Assembly (NCBI GenBank): GCA_963742585.1
Contig: CAVUMI010000003.1
Span: forward strand, 84,345-148,344
Source: an uncultured Actinomycetes bacterium
GTDB taxonomy: Bacteria > Actinomycetota > Acidimicrobiia > Acidimicrobiales > JACDEA01
Length of the DNA stretch: 64,000 nucleotides
Direction of reading: 5' to 3'
Part shown: positions 1 to 10,907 of the stretch, in pieces
Layout of the letters: every line of letters starts with the position of its first letter
How positions within the stretch are numbered: the first letter of the stretch is position 1
Notes under the pieces: generated by a model
The model's input: the letters and a program-made list of their open reading frames with translations, nothing else
Told to the model about the DNA's origin: nothing
Databases searched by the model: none
Made by a program: the position numbers and the translations under genes

Positions 1-642
1 TTGTAGGGAGCGGCGAGGTCCTCGTCGGCACGGCCGTGCAAGACGACCGCACCGTCGGTGTGCGCGTCGCGGGCCAGTTCCGCGGCCAGCCGGGTTTTTC
101 CGATCCCCGGTTCGCCACCGATGGCGACCATGTGTTGCACGCCGGCGCGGGCCCGTTCCCACGCGGCGAGCAGCCGGGCCCGCTCGGCGACCCGGGCCAC
201 GAAGTGTGAGCCACGGACCGCTTTACTCAGTCCCGGCGGCAGCGGGATGCCGCCGTGCGCGTCGTCCGGCGTCCATTCCCACGCCAGGTCGACGTGCGAG
301 GGGCGGAGCACCAGCGCCTTTCGGCCGCCGAGCAGGTGGCGCACCAAGTCGGCCACCAGGACCGTTCCCGGACGTGCCGCGTCGTGCAGGTCGTGCGCCT
401 CGGCCACCGGGGGACCGGACCATCCGGCAGCGCTGGCGCGGCGCTTCGCCGGCGCTGACGCCGACCCGGGCAACGCCGGCGCGCGTCAGCGCCACCGCGC
501 AGTCGAGCGCGTCGACCGCGCTCGTGAAGAACAGGACGACGCCGTCATCGCGCTCCGCCACTTCGGCGTGGGCCGGCGGGCGCGTGCCGGGCGGCATGGC
601 GTCGCTGAAGAGCACCGTAAGGATCTCCGTACCCGCAGCCAC
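1..642 (-). pseudogene. 5' part of a large AAA_16/STAND ATPase regulator with a degenerate cyclase-homology N-domain. Runs off the window start. Frame break near 430-445.
   Basis: Minus-strand translation from 642 gives ILTVLFSDA..VVLFFTSAVDALDCAVAL..VGVSAGEA. The protein then continues in another frame: AGWSGPPVAEAHDLHDAARPGTVLVADLV..FVARVAERARLLAAWERARAGVQHMVAIGGEPGIGKTRLAAELA. Walker A is at about 93-116. Paralog of 7682-10906, 43652-46837 and 58601-61492. Confidence 0.7.
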
Positions 643-677
643 GCACGCACGCTAGTTCCGACCGTAAAGTCCGGATT

Positions 678-1964
678 ATGAGTGAGCGGGAGGCGAAGCC
701 GGACGGCGATCGGGCAAGCACAGTGGCGATAGATCTGCACGAGTTCCGTGAAAAGGCCCGGGCCTGGCTCGAGGAGAACGTGCCGCGGCGAGGGGAGCGT
801 CGGCCGACGGACGACGCCGAAGAGGAGGCCGCAGCACCGGCCGATCGCGACCTGGTTATCGAGTCGAAAACGTTCCAGGCCAAGTTGTTCGACGCCGGCT
901 TCGCCGGGATCACGTGGCCGAGCGAGTATGGCGGCCAAGGGCTGAGCAACGAGTATCAGCGCGCGTTCAACGAGGAGTCGGCGGACTTCGAGCTGCTCAC
1001 CGGTACGTTCACGATCGGCCTCGGTATGTGCGGACCCACGATCCTCAGCCACGGGAGCGAGGAGCAGAAGCAGCGATTCATCCGCCCGATGCTGCGGGCC
1101 GACGAGGTGTGGTGCCAGATGTTCTCGGAGCCGGGAGCGGGCTCCGACGTTGCCAGCTTGCAATCCCGCGCCGTGCGGGACGGTGACGAGTGGATCCTCA
1201 ACGGGCAGAAGGTGTGGACCACCGGGGCGCACTACTGCGACTACGGCATCGTGATCGCCCGCACCGATCCCGACCAGCCCAAGCACCGCGGCATCTCGAT
1301 GTTCATTCTCGACATGAAGTCGCCCGGTGTCACCGTCAAGCCGCTGCGCCAGATCACCGGTGGGTCGTCGTTCAACGAGGTGTTCTTCGACGACGTGAGG
1401 TTGCCGGTCGACAACATCGTGGGCGAGCGCAACGAAGGGTGGCGCGCCGCGATCACGATGCTGATGAACGAGCGGGTCGCGATCGGCGCGGGCGGTGGCG
1501 GCGGGGGCGGGCGCGCGGCTGCCGGCTTCGAGTCCTTCGTGAAGTTGGCCCGCCAGCGCGGCCTCGACCAGGACAGCGTGATCCGCAACCGGTTGGCCGA
1601 CCTCTACATCAAGCGCACCGTGCTGGGCTACATCGGCATGCAGATCAGGGAGGCGTTCAAGGCCGGCCGCGACCCGGGGCCGATCGGGTCGATCGCCAAG
1701 CTGTACGGGTCGGTCCTGGCGCGTCAGTCGTCCGACCTCGGCGTGGCCCTGGCCGGCCCGCTCGGCGTCGCGTGGACCGCCGACGACAAGCGCGCTGACC
1801 GCTGGTCGACCGCGGTGCTGAGCGCGCCCGCGTCGGCCATCGCCGGCGGCACCGACCAGATCCAGCGCAACATCATCGGCGAGCGCGTGCTCGGCCTCCC
1901 CAAAGAACCCCAAGTCGACCGCGACCAACCCTTCAAAGAACTAAAAGTCGGCACCCAGCGCTAA
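678..1964 (+). CDS. acyl-CoA dehydrogenase
   Basis: 428-aa ORF with ITWPSEYGGQGLS, FSEPGAGSDVASLQSRAVRDGDEWILNGQKVWTTGAHY and IAGGTDQIQRNIIGERVLGLP, typical ACAD motifs. Confidence 0.9.
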   Translation: MSEREAKPDGDRASTVAIDLHEFREKARAWLEENVPRRGERRPTDDAEEEAAAPADRDLVIESKTFQAKLFDAGFAGITWPSEYGGQGLSNEYQRAFNEESADFELLTGTFTIGLGMCGPTILSHGSEEQKQRFIRPMLRADEVWCQMFSEPGAGSDVASLQSRAVRDGDEWILNGQKVWTTGAHYCDYGIVIARTDPDQPKHRGISMFILDMKSPGVTVKPLRQITGGSSFNEVFFDDVRLPVDNIVGERNEGWRAAITMLMNERVAIGAGGGGGGGRAAAGFESFVKLARQRGLDQDSVIRNRLADLYIKRTVLGYIGMQIREAFKAGRDPGPIGSIAKLYGSVLARQSSDLGVALAGPLGVAWTADDKRADRWSTAVLSAPASAIAGGTDQIQRNIIGERVLGLPKEPQVDRDQPFKELKVGTQR

Positions 1965-1967
1965 TGC

Positions 1968-2014
1968 TTCTTGGCAACTTTGACGGCCTATAGCGCCCTC
2001 AAAGTTGCCAAGAA
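1968..2014. terminator. perfect 16-bp hairpin between two convergent stop codons (candidate bidirectional terminator)
   Basis: ttcttggcaactttga (1968-1983) pairs with tcaaagttgccaagaa (1999-2014). It fills the gap between the stop at 1962-1964 (+) and the stop at 2015-2017 (-). No clear U-tract. Confidence 0.5.
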
Positions 2015-4531
2015 TCAATCGAACCTCAGGGCTTCGACGATTTCGAGGCGGCCTATGCGGCGGGCGGGGATGAGGGAGGCGATGGCGGCGACGATGATCG
2101 TCAGCAGGAGCAGGACGGGGAGCAGGCTCCACGCGTAGACGTAGTCGATGGTGAACCCGAGGGCGGCGCGCTGGCTCACGACGATGCCGGTGGACAGGAG
2201 CCAGCCGAGCGGTAATGACAGCGCGTACGCCACCAGCGCCAGGGTGGCCGCTTCGACCAGCACCATGCCGCGCGCTTGACGGCGCAGCGTGCCGGCCGAC
2301 CGCAGCATGCCGACCTCGCGCGTGCGGGACAGCACCGACACCACCATCGTGTTGGCCAGGCCGAGGATGCCCACCAGCCCGGCGACCGACAGCAGCGCGT
2401 ATGCCAAGGCGAAGAACCCTTGTAGCTGCGCGTGGGCCTCCTCCTTGATGTCGTCGGAGGTCTGGACGTCGATGTTGTACTTCGGCCGCAGCGCGGTACG
2501 CATCTCGTCGCGCAGCACGCGGGTATCGACGCCGTCGTCAGCGTCGATGAGGAAACCGTTCGGGCGCCCGGTGCCGAACAGGGCGGCGTCCTTGGTGCTG
2601 AGGCCGGGCCCGAAGTAGTTGCCGATCTGGCCGTAGGTGCCGATCAAAGTGAACGGCTTGATGCCTTGCGCGGTGCGGACGTTCACCGCGTCGCCTCGCT
2701 CCTTGTCGAGCCGGATGGCCTGTTGCTCGGGCAGGACGATCACCCCGCCCCGCTCGAGCGCTTCCCGCGCGCTGGCGTCGTCGCCGTTGACCCACGGGAA
2801 GCTGGCGATATCGAAGTAGGTGGCTGGGTCGATCATCGTGAAGAACTGGTCTGCGGATGCGCCTTCGTCGACGATGTCGATGAGGCCGAACAACAGCGGC
2901 GAGGTGGCCTTCACGCCGTCGAAGGCCTTCAGCTCGGCCTCGATGCCGGGGTCGAGGGCACCGGGCACGCCGACCTGGATCGCGCCACCGGCCTGGCGCT
3001 CGATCGCCCGGTCGATGGTGCGGGCCATCGAGACGTTGCTGGTGCCGATCGAGAAGGTCATGGCCAGCACGACCATCAGCAGGGCGAGCGTGTAGGCCGA
3101 GCGGCTGCGCTCCTTGACAAGGTGCATGACCGCGATCGCGCCGACACCGGGCGCCAACCGTCCTGTGATGGCGCCCAGAAGCCGGGCGAGTGGCGCCAGC
3201 ACGATTGGCACGAGCAATACCGCGCCGAACAAGACGAAGAGCGTGGGCAGGATCCGCGCTGCGTTGTTGGCCGTGACGAAAACCAGCACCATGCCGAGGC
3301 CGACGAGGATTGCGCCGAGAACCGGCCGCCCCGCCTTCTCGTCCTGCAACCCGCCGCCCCGCATCGCCGTTACCGGGCTGAGCGCAGCGGCCCGCCGGCC
3401 CGGCAGCCACGCGGCGGCCACGCTGACGAGCACGCCCACCGCGACGCTGAACACCGCCGGCCCGAGGGGCAGGCCGAGGCCGGGCAGTCGGAGGTCGAGC
3501 AGTGACGACACGAGCTGGATAGCCAGGTAGGCGAGCCCGTAGCCGATGAACAGTCCGCCCACCGACGATGCCAGCCCGAGGAGCGCCGCTTCGCGCACCA
3601 CGACGCGCCGCACCTGCTTCGGCAGCGCGCCCAGTGCGCGCATCGTGCCGTAGGTGCGGGTGCGCTCGGCCACGGCCAGCGAGAAGGTCAGGAAGATGAG
3701 GAAGCCGCCGACGAACAGCGCGATGGCCGAGGCCAACGTGAGCGCCGCGTTGACCGCGGCGATGAATGTTCGGAAACCGGCCTCGGTGTCGGTCGATTTG
3801 GTGAGCGATACGTCGCCCAGAGCGGACTGTTCGCGCTCGATCCACTTCTTGGCGTCGACGCCGTCGCGCAGGACGACGTCGAGGCCGTTGATGATCGGGC
3901 CCTTGCCGAGCAACCGTTGGCTCAGGGGCTTCGACAGGTAGACGATGTCACCGCTGCTGGCGTTGCCCGCGCCTGCGCTGGCCAGGATGCCGGCCACCTG
4001 CACGCGCGCCTGGCCCGACGGCGCGGCGATGAGGACGTCGTCGCCCGCCCCGACGTCGATCGCTTTGGCGATGTGGTTGCCGATGACGGCCTCGTCGGCG
4101 CCCTCGCTGAACAGACGGCCCGACTTCACTTCGTAGCTGCGGATCTGGCGATCGGCGGCCAGGTCGATGCCGCTGACGAACACGTATCGCGGCGCGGCAT
4201 CGACGTCGTCGGGCTTGCTCGGGTTCGTCAACGCGCTGCGGAACAAGGTGCTGCTCACAACCTGCTCGACATCGGGCCGGCTCTGCGCTTTGGCGACGAT
4301 GTCGGCCGGCAGCGTGGCGTCGAAGGTGCCGACCGGCCGCACCACGACATCGGACGTTCCGGCCGCGCCGTTCACAGCGCGGTCGAGGGCGCTGTTGGTG
4401 GCGCCGCCCATGATCTGGACGGCGAACAGGACGGCGACGCCGAGCGCGGTGCCGCTGGCCGTCAGCAGGTAGCGGCCCCGCCGCCGGGCCAGGTTGCGGA
4501 CGGCGACCGAACCGAGGGAACGCAGCGCCAT
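2015..4531 (-). CDS. ABC transporter permease, double FtsX/MacB-type
   Basis: 838 aa with two FtsX-like 4-TM blocks separated by large extracytoplasmic domains. Stop-start spacing to the ATPase at 4536 is 4 nt. Confidence 0.85.
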   Translation of the reverse strand: MALRSLGSVAVRNLARRRGRYLLTASGTALGVAVLFAVQIMGGATNSALDRAVNGAAGTSDVVVRPVGTFDATLPADIVAKAQSRPDVEQVVSSTLFRSALTNPSKPDDVDAAPRYVFVSGIDLAADRQIRSYEVKSGRLFSEGADEAVIGNHIAKAIDVGAGDDVLIAAPSGQARVQVAGILASAGAGNASSGDIVYLSKPLSQRLLGKGPIINGLDVVLRDGVDAKKWIEREQSALGDVSLTKSTDTEAGFRTFIAAVNAALTLASAIALFVGGFLIFLTFSLAVAERTRTYGTMRALGALPKQVRRVVVREAALLGLASSVGGLFIGYGLAYLAIQLVSSLLDLRLPGLGLPLGPAVFSVAVGVLVSVAAAWLPGRRAAALSPVTAMRGGGLQDEKAGRPVLGAILVGLGMVLVFVTANNAARILPTLFVLFGAVLLVPIVLAPLARLLGAITGRLAPGVGAIAVMHLVKERSRSAYTLALLMVVLAMTFSIGTSNVSMARTIDRAIERQAGGAIQVGVPGALDPGIEAELKAFDGVKATSPLLFGLIDIVDEGASADQFFTMIDPATYFDIASFPWVNGDDASAREALERGGVIVLPEQQAIRLDKERGDAVNVRTAQGIKPFTLIGTYGQIGNYFGPGLSTKDAALFGTGRPNGFLIDADDGVDTRVLRDEMRTALRPKYNIDVQTSDDIKEEAHAQLQGFFALAYALLSVAGLVGILGLANTMVVSVLSRTREVGMLRSAGTLRRQARGMVLVEAATLALVAYALSLPLGWLLSTGIVVSQRAALGFTIDYVYAWSLLPVLLLLTIIVAAIASLIPARRIGRLEIVEALRFD

Positions 4532-4535
4532 TGCG

Positions 4536-5357
4536 TTACACCCGCACCTTGCGGACCGCGCCGGTGCTGTCGAGGGACTCGAGCCACTTCAGGACGGCCA
4601 GCGAGCGGCTCTCGTGGTTTCGTTCGGTCTTCGCCGCGCCCCGGCACGCCTTGCTCACGTCGAGCTGGCTGGCCACCGTGCCCTCCCGCAACAGCAGTAC
4701 CTCGTCGGCAAACCCCGCGCTGCGCGGGTCGTGGGTGACCATCACGATCGTCTGACCGAGCTCGCGCTGCGCATCGGCAAACAGCGAGAGGATCTCCTGG
4801 CCGGTGCGCATGTCGACGTTGCCGGTGGGTTCGTCGGCGAGCAGCACCGCCGGCTCGATGAAGAGCGCGCGGGCGATGGCGGCGCGCTGCTGCTGTCCGC
4901 CGGAAAGCTGGGCGGGCTGCTTGTCCTTGTGGTCGGATAGGCCGACGACGGCGACGACCTCGTCGAGCTTGGCCTGGTAGCTCGACGGCGCCTGGCCGGC
5001 GATCACCGCCGGCAGCGCAACGTTCTCCTCCACGGTGAGCACCGGCACCAGGTTGAAGAACTGGTAGACGATGCCGATCTGGTTGCGCCGCAGCCGGGTG
5101 CGGTCGTCGTCGCTCATCGTCGACAGGTCGTTCCCGTCGACGGTCACCGCCCCGCTGTCGGGGGTATCGAGCCCGCCCAGCAGGTGCAGCAGGGTCGATT
5201 TCCCGGATCCCGATGGCCCCATCACCGAGACGAACCGGCCGCGGCCGACGGTGAGGCTGACCCCGTTGAGCACCTGCTCGACGGCGTCGCCCTGCCGGTA
5301 AGCCTTGTGTAGATCCTCCGCGGCGAGGACCGTGTCGATTTGCACCATTCCGGGCAC
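4536..5357 (-). CDS. ABC transporter ATP-binding protein (MacB/LolD-like)
   Basis: Walker [11 protein letters not shown]-loop, signature LSGGQQQR, Walker [13 protein letters not shown]-loop VTHD. Has a ~40-aa C-terminal extension. Confidence 0.9.
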   Translation of the reverse strand: MPGMVQIDTVLAAEDLHKAYRQGDAVEQVLNGVSLTVGRGRFVSVMGPSGSGKSTLLHLLGGLDTPDSGAVTVDGNDLSTMSDDDRTRLRRNQIGIVYQFFNLVPVLTVEENVALPAVIAGQAPSSYQAKLDEVVAVVGLSDHKDKQPAQLSGGQQQRAAIARALFIEPAVLLADEPTGNVDMRTGQEILSLFADAQRELGQTIVMVTHDPRSAGFADEVLLLREGTVASQLDVSKACRGAAKTERNHESRSLAVLKWLESLDSTGAVRKVRV

Positions 5358-5450
5358 GCTAACGACGCGGTGTGCGTTCGTCGTGCGAATTCCTGCCGCC
5401 CCTGCTAGATACTGCCCTTACCACCCGATCATTTAGGAGCGAATAACCCG

Positions 5451-5840
5451 ATGCCCAATCCCTTCATGTCCTCTGCGTGGCTCGACGAGGTCGAGGCGCT
5501 CGGCGCCGAGGCACCCGACGCCGGCAGCGGTCCCGCAGCTGACCTCGTCCTCAACGTCAAGATCCCCGATGGGCCTGAGGGCGCCGTCGAGCTGAACATG
5601 CAGGGCGGGAAGTTCAACCGCGGCCTCGCCGATGGCGCACCCACCACGGTGACCATTCCCTGTGAGGTGGCCAAGGCCATGTTCGTCGACGGGAACCCGC
5701 AAGCCGCGATGCAGGCCTTCATGGCCGGTCAGATCAAGGTCGAGGGCGACATGACCAAGCTCATGGCCATGCAGTCGGCCGGCGGACCCACCCCCGAGCA
5801 GACCGCGTTCGCCGAGAAGATCAAGGCCATCACCAGCTAG
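5451..5840 (+). CDS. SCP2 sterol-carrier-like domain protein
   Basis: 129 aa. SSAWLDEV..LVLNV..AKAMFVDGNPQAAMQAFMAGQIKVEGDMTKLMAMQ matches the SCP2 C-terminal pattern. Confidence 0.75.
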   Translation: MPNPFMSSAWLDEVEALGAEAPDAGSGPAADLVLNVKIPDGPEGAVELNMQGGKFNRGLADGAPTTVTIPCEVAKAMFVDGNPQAAMQAFMAGQIKVEGDMTKLMAMQSAGGPTPEQTAFAEKIKAITS

Positions 5841-5844
5841 TCAT

Positions 5845-5902
5845 CCCGCATTCTCGAGGCAATAGCTGTCGTTTTCCGCCAGCTATTGCCTCGAGAATCG
5901 GG
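5845..5902. terminator. long hairpin (19-bp perfect core) between convergent genes
   Basis: attctcgaggcaatagctg (5850-5868) pairs with cagctattgcctcgagaat (5880-5898), with flanking cccg/cggg. Lies between the stop at 5838-5840 (+) and the stop at 5903-5905 (-). Confidence 0.5.
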
Positions 5903-6538
5903 TTATTGCTTCTCGCCGTCGATGTAGAGGTCGACGCGGTCGTTGTAGAACGCGACAAGGCCGGCGATCTTCTGGCTTTCGGCCAGGGGCGACGGATACG
6001 TCCACACCACATCCTCGACGAGCACGTCGTCGACGTTCACCGACCAGTAGCTGGCTGTGCCCTTGTACGGGCACTGGGTCTGCAGCTTTGACGGCCGCAG
6101 CAGGTCCATCCGCACCGACGTGAGCGGCAGGTAGTAGCGCGGCGGCAGTCCGGTCTCGAACAGGATCCGGGGCTGGTCGGTCTCGGCCACGGTCGTCCCG
6201 TGGATCTCGACCCGCACGGTCCGGCTGCTAGCCAGGATGTCGACGCGCGAATACGGGTCCCGCGGGTGGACGATGACCTCCTCGTCCTCCTCGAACCAGT
6301 GGTCCATCGCTGTCCACTTCACGCTGAGGAGATCGTCGGGGCCCGAACGCCATTCGCCCTCGGCGAGCAAGTCGACGCGGATGTCGTCCCGAGGGAAGTA
6401 GTACGCCGGGTACGGGCGGTCGGCCCAGACGTACTTAGCCCGAAGTGAGTCAACGATCACTTCGCCGCCCCGAACGGCGCGGATTCGCTTACGACACTCC
6501 TCGATCCTCACGCCGCTTCGCTCGTCGTCCACGTACAA
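5903..6538 (-). CDS. DUF427 domain protein (tandem DUF427)
   Basis: 211 aa with YYFPRDDIRVDLL and RYYLPLTSVRMDLL..CPYKGTASYWSV..VEDVVWTYPSP, the DUF427 signature, present twice. Confidence 0.75.
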   Translation of the reverse strand: MYVDDERSGVRIEECRKRIRAVRGGEVIVDSLRAKYVWADRPYPAYYFPRDDIRVDLLAEGEWRSGPDDLLSVKWTAMDHWFEEDEEVIVHPRDPYSRVDILASSRTVRVEIHGTTVAETDQPRILFETGLPPRYYLPLTSVRMDLLRPSKLQTQCPYKGTASYWSVNVDDVLVEDVVWTYPSPLAESQKIAGLVAFYNDRVDLYIDGEKQ

Positions 6539-6561
6539 ACGATAGGTACGCTGCGGTTCCT

Positions 6562-7032
6562 ATGGACGGTGACGTAGTCAGTGTTGAGCGGGTGATCGAG
6601 GCGCCGCCGGAGGCGATCTTCGCGTTGGTGGCCGACGCGGCCAAGCATCCGCTCATCGACGGATCGGGCACGGTGAAGGAAGTGAAAGAGGGCGCGCCCG
6701 AGCGCCTGTCGCTGGGCTCGACCTTCGGCATGAGCATGAAGGCCGGCCTCAGCTACTCGATGGTGAGTGAGGTCATCGAGTTCGAGGACAACCGGCGTAT
6801 CGCATGGCAGTCCAAGCCCAAGGGCATCGCCGGGCGCGTGGCCGGCGGGCGCATTTGGCGTTACGAGCTCGAGCCGGTCGACGGCGGCACCAAGGTCCGC
6901 GAGAGCTGGGACCTTTCAAAGGATCACCAGCGCATGCTTCTCAAGCGGGGTGGTCTTCCCGAGCGCACCAAGAAGGCGATGGAGAAGACGCTCGAGCGCA
7001 TCGCCGAGATCGTCGCCAAGCCTTTGGCCTAA
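6562..7032 (+). CDS. SRPBCC (polyketide cyclase/dehydrase-like) family protein
   Basis: ATG at 6562 inside ORF 6445-7032. VERVIEAPPEAIFALVADAAKHPLIDGSG..IAWQS..WRYELEPVDGGTKVRESWD. Confidence 0.7.
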   Translation: MDGDVVSVERVIEAPPEAIFALVADAAKHPLIDGSGTVKEVKEGAPERLSLGSTFGMSMKAGLSYSMVSEVIEFEDNRRIAWQSKPKGIAGRVAGGRIWRYELEPVDGGTKVRESWDLSKDHQRMLLKRGGLPERTKKAMEKTLERIAEIVAKPLA

Positions 7033-7463
7033 GTCTTGGGGCGCTCCCAGCGGAGGACGTTTTCGATGTCGCCGGTCTCGACGTCGTAGACCAAGCCCTC
7101 GATGACGTTGATCGGCGCGAGGTACGACTTGCCTCGCAGCAGCTCGATGTCCTCGCGGAGCGCGACGTCGTGATTGGCGATCGGGAAGAACCCGAGGTCG
7201 GCGCCAGTCACCTCGCGGAGCTGGTCGTCGGTGGCGCCCTCGAGGCCGCACTTGGTGTGCTGCATCACCAGGACGGTGTCGACACCCAGCACATGGCTCG
7301 ACAACGCCAAGCTCCGAAGCACGTCGTCGGTCACCCGGCCGCCCGCGTTGCGGAGGACGTGTGCTTCCCCGAGCTGCAGACCGAGGACGGCGAAGACATC
7401 GATCCGAGCGTCCATGCACGTGACCACGGCCAGGTGCCGGCTCGGTCGCGGATCAGTGACCAT
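7029..7463 (-). CDS. beta-class carbonic anhydrase-like protein
   Basis: 144 aa with CMDARID (CxDxR) and HTKCG (HxxC) zinc-ligand motifs. Confidence 0.8.
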   Translation of the reverse strand: MVTDPRPSRHLAVVTCMDARIDVFAVLGLQLGEAHVLRNAGGRVTDDVLRSLALSSHVLGVDTVLVMQHTKCGLEGATDDQLREVTGADLGFFPIANHDVALREDIELLRGKSYLAPINVIEGLVYDVETGDIENVLRWERPKT

Positions 7464-7681
7464 GGAGCGAGTCCTTCCTCGAGTTCGCGAGGATCAACCC
7501 TCGGCCTCGGTGAAGCGCACCTGGCCGTCGGCATCGAAGACCAGGCCCGGGTTGTGGCCGAGGCATGTGGCCAAGTCCCGAACGGCCAGGGTCACCATCT
7601 GCAGTCGCTGGCCCATCGAGCGTCCAGCCTCGCGCGCAGCCCGTACCATGGTGGTACGCCCAAGGGGGGCGGGAGGGTACT

Positions 7682-10600
7682 TTGACCGAGGCGGCAGGGC
7701 AGGTCGACACCAAATCGGTGGTGTTCACGGATCTCGTGAACTCGACCGAGTTGCGTGTGCAACTGGGCGAGGAGAACGCCGACGCCCTGCGACGCGCTCA
7801 TGACGCGCTGTTGACCGAGGCGGTCGACAAGCACGGCGGCACGGTGGTCAAGGGACTCGGCGACGGGATCATGGCCACGTTCGAATCGGCCGCCGACGCG
7901 GTGGGTGCCGCCGTCGCTATACAGCAGGCCGCCGAAGCGCACGGCCGCCGCGTGGTCGAGCAGACCTTCGCAGTGAAGGTCGGCGTGTCGATCGGCGACG
8001 TGTCGACCGAGGACGGCGACGTGTTCGGCGTGCCGGTGGTCGAGGCGGCCCGTCTGTGCGGCGTCGCCACCGGCGGCGAGATCCTCGCCAATGAGTTCGT
8101 GCGCGTGCTGTCGCGGGGCGCGGCGGTTTCGTGTTCGAACCGATGGGCGACATCGAACTCAAGGGACTGCCCGAGCCGCTGCCTACGTGCCGCGTCGCGT
8201 GGGAGCCGCTTCCGGTTCTCGTTCACGTGCCGGCGTCGGCTGCCGCGGTCGCCGCCGATAGCGTTCCATTGCCGCCGTCGTTGGTCGGCGGGAACAGCAT
8301 TGGGTATGTGGGTCGCGCCGACCTGCTCGAGAACCTCGAGAACGAGTGGCGCGCCGCTAGGGCCGGGGCGGCGCGCGCTGTACTGCTATCGGGGGAGCCC
8401 GGCGTGGGCAAGACCCGCACCGCGGCCGAGCTGGCCCGCCGCGTGCACGCGGCCGGCGCCACCGTTCTCTACGGCCGTTGCGAGGAGGGCCTCGGCGCGC
8501 CGTACCAGCCGTTTGTCGAGGCGCTCGATTGGTACACCGCGCACTCGACCGCGCCGGCGCTCGGTCGTTTCCCGGGTGAGCTCTGCCGCCTGCTGCCCGA
8601 CCTGTCGAGCCGAGTCGCCGGGCTGCCGCGAGCGATGTCGTCGGATCCGGGGTCCGAGGAACACCGCCTGTTCGAGGCGGCCACGTCGTGGCTCATGCAC
8701 GCGGCGGGCGACGACGGCCTGGTCCTCATCCTCGACGACCTGCACTGGGCGACCAAACCAACGCTGCTGCTGGTGCTGCATCTGTTGCGCGCCGCGTCCG
8801 ATGAGGGCGTCCGGCTGCTCGTCATCGCGACCTACCGCGACACCGATATCGACCGCGCCCACCCGCTGTCGGGAGTGCTGGCCGACTTGCGCCGGCTGCC
8901 TGCGGTCGTTCGTTCGCCGGTCGACAACCTCAGCTCTGAGGAGGTCATTGCCTTCGTCGCGACCTCGGCCGGGCACGCCCTCGACGAGCCGCTCAGGGTC
9001 ATGGCCGACGCCGTGTACCGCGAAACCGAGGGCAATCCGTTCTTCGTCGTCGAAGTGCTTCGGCATCTCGTCGAGACCGGCACGGTGCGCCGGGACGGTG
9101 ACCACTGGGTCCCCGACGACCTGAGCAACTTCACGATTCCCGAGGGGATCCGTGACGTCGTCGGCCGGAGGTTGTCACGACTCTCGCCCACCGCCAACGA
9201 AGTGCTCTCGGTCGCCGCGGCCATCGGTCGCGACATCGACGTGAACGTGCTCTGCGCGCTCACCGACGCCAACGAGGCCGATGTGCTCGACGCCCTCGAC
9301 GAGGCAGTCCGGGCGCGACTGGTCGAGGAAACCGGCGCCGACCACTTCCGGTTCGGCCACGCGCTGGTGCAGGCCACGCTCTATGAGGAGCTGTCGGCCA
9401 CGCGCCGGCGGCGGCTACACCGGCGGGTAGCCGATGTGCTCGAGAAGCTGCGGCCTCACGACGTGGTGGCCCTGGCCCACCACTGCACCCATGGCGGCCC
9501 CGAGGGCGGCGATCTGACCCGTGCGGTGCGCTACACGCTCGCCGCGGCCGAGGAGTCGCTGGCGGCGCGGGCCTTCGCCGACGCCGAGGTCCGCTTCCGC
9601 TCCGCGCTCGAGCTGTTGGAAGAGGGCGAAGAAGTCGCGCCCCGCGAAGCCGTCGCCGCGTTGTGCGGGCTGGGCGAGGCCCAGCGCGACCAGGGCAACG
9701 CCGCGTTCCGCGAGACGCTCCTCGACGCCACGCAGCGAGCGGTCGAGTTGGGCGACGTCGAACTGGTCATACGATCCGTGCTGGCCAACAGCCGCGGCTT
9801 TGTCAGCGTGGTCGGTGGCATCGACCCCGAGCGCATTGCCTACATCGAGCAAGCGCTGGAGATGGTCGGCCCTGACGTGTCGCCAGAGCGGGCCCGGCTG
9901 GTTGCCCGGCTGGCGTCGGAGAAGACGTACTCGAACGAGCACGAGCAACGCTTGGTGTTGGCCGACGAGGCCGTGGCGATGGCGCGGTCCTTCGGTGACG
10001 AAGCTTTACTGGCCGAAGTGCTGGTGGCCACGGGATATGCGCGTGTGACCGGCGCGCGCTGGCGAGAGTTGGTTGATGTGGGCGCCGAAGGGGTGCGGCT
10101 GGCGGACGCCACCGACGACCCCACCCTCCGGATCGTCGCCCGCGTCTTCGCGTCGGCCGCCTTGATGACCGCCGGTCGCATGGCCGATTCGGTGCGCGTC
10201 ACGCAGGAGATGGTCGAGGTGAGCGTGACCGAGGGCTCACCGTTCCTTCGGTGGCTGGCCGTGGCCAGCAGCATGCGCGTGCCGGCGATGGCCGGGCTGA
10301 TCGATGAGGCCGAGGCACAGAACAACGAGGGCCTCGCACTGGGCGAGGGCGCCGGCCAGCCGGACAGCGCAGTCGTGGTGGGCGGCGGGCGCAGTCGGGA
10401 TCGCCCGGCTGCGGGGCGACACGACCGGGTACGCGGACGCCGCCGGTGCATTCGCCGACGAGTTCCCGCTGGCGCTCGTGTGGCGTTCTGCGCAGGTGTG
10501 GCTGCTGACCGAGGTCGGTCGACTTGACGATGCCCGACGACTCTTCGCCGAGTATCCCCTCGATCCGGTTGCCGGTGTCGTCGAGTCCTGGCCGTTCACG

Positions 10601-10906
10601 ATCCCGTACCAGCTGGGATTGGCGGCGTGGCGGCTCGATGATGCCGATATGGCGGCGCGGGTCATCGCTGCGCTCACGCCGTATCGCGAGTGCTGGGCGC
10701 ACTATTACATCCTGTTGCTGGGCCCGGTCTCCGAGGCGCTCGGTCTGGCTCACGCCACGCTTGGCGCGTACGACGAAGCGGTCCCGCTACTCGAAGAGGC
10801 GCTGGCCATGGCAACTGAGCAGCAGACCGTCGCCTACATCCCCGATATCCGCGCCAAGCTCGACACCGTCCGCCAACGACGCGACGCCGCCGCGACCAAC
10901 CCCTAA
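7682..10906 (+). pseudogene. cyclase-homology / AAA_16 ATPase / TPR regulator, two frame breaks as sequenced
   Basis: TTG at 7682 follows GGGAGGG. N-domain: VVFTDLVNST..KGLGDGIMATF..VGVSIGDV..VVEAARL. The frame breaks at the G-run 8115-8118 (..VLSRG | FVFEPMGDIELKGLPEP..). Walker A GEPGVGKTR, Walker B LVLILDDLHWA. A second break near 10370 leads into ORF 10304-10906, which aligns by eye with the C-terminus of 43652-46837. Confidence 0.8.
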
Positions 10907-10907
10907 T

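Noticed and set aside
486-1928. 480-aa minus-strand ORF
   Set aside because: It is antisense to the acyl-CoA dehydrogenase and its translation is Arg/Gly/Ala/Pro-rich low-complexity sequence. This is a typical shadow ORF in high-GC DNA.
8100-8130. Programmed ribosomal frameshifting as the explanation for the frame breaks
   Set aside because: There are no slippery heptamers or conserved downstream structures. The breaks occur in unrelated genes and often in simple G/C runs. Indel error or decay is the simpler explanation.
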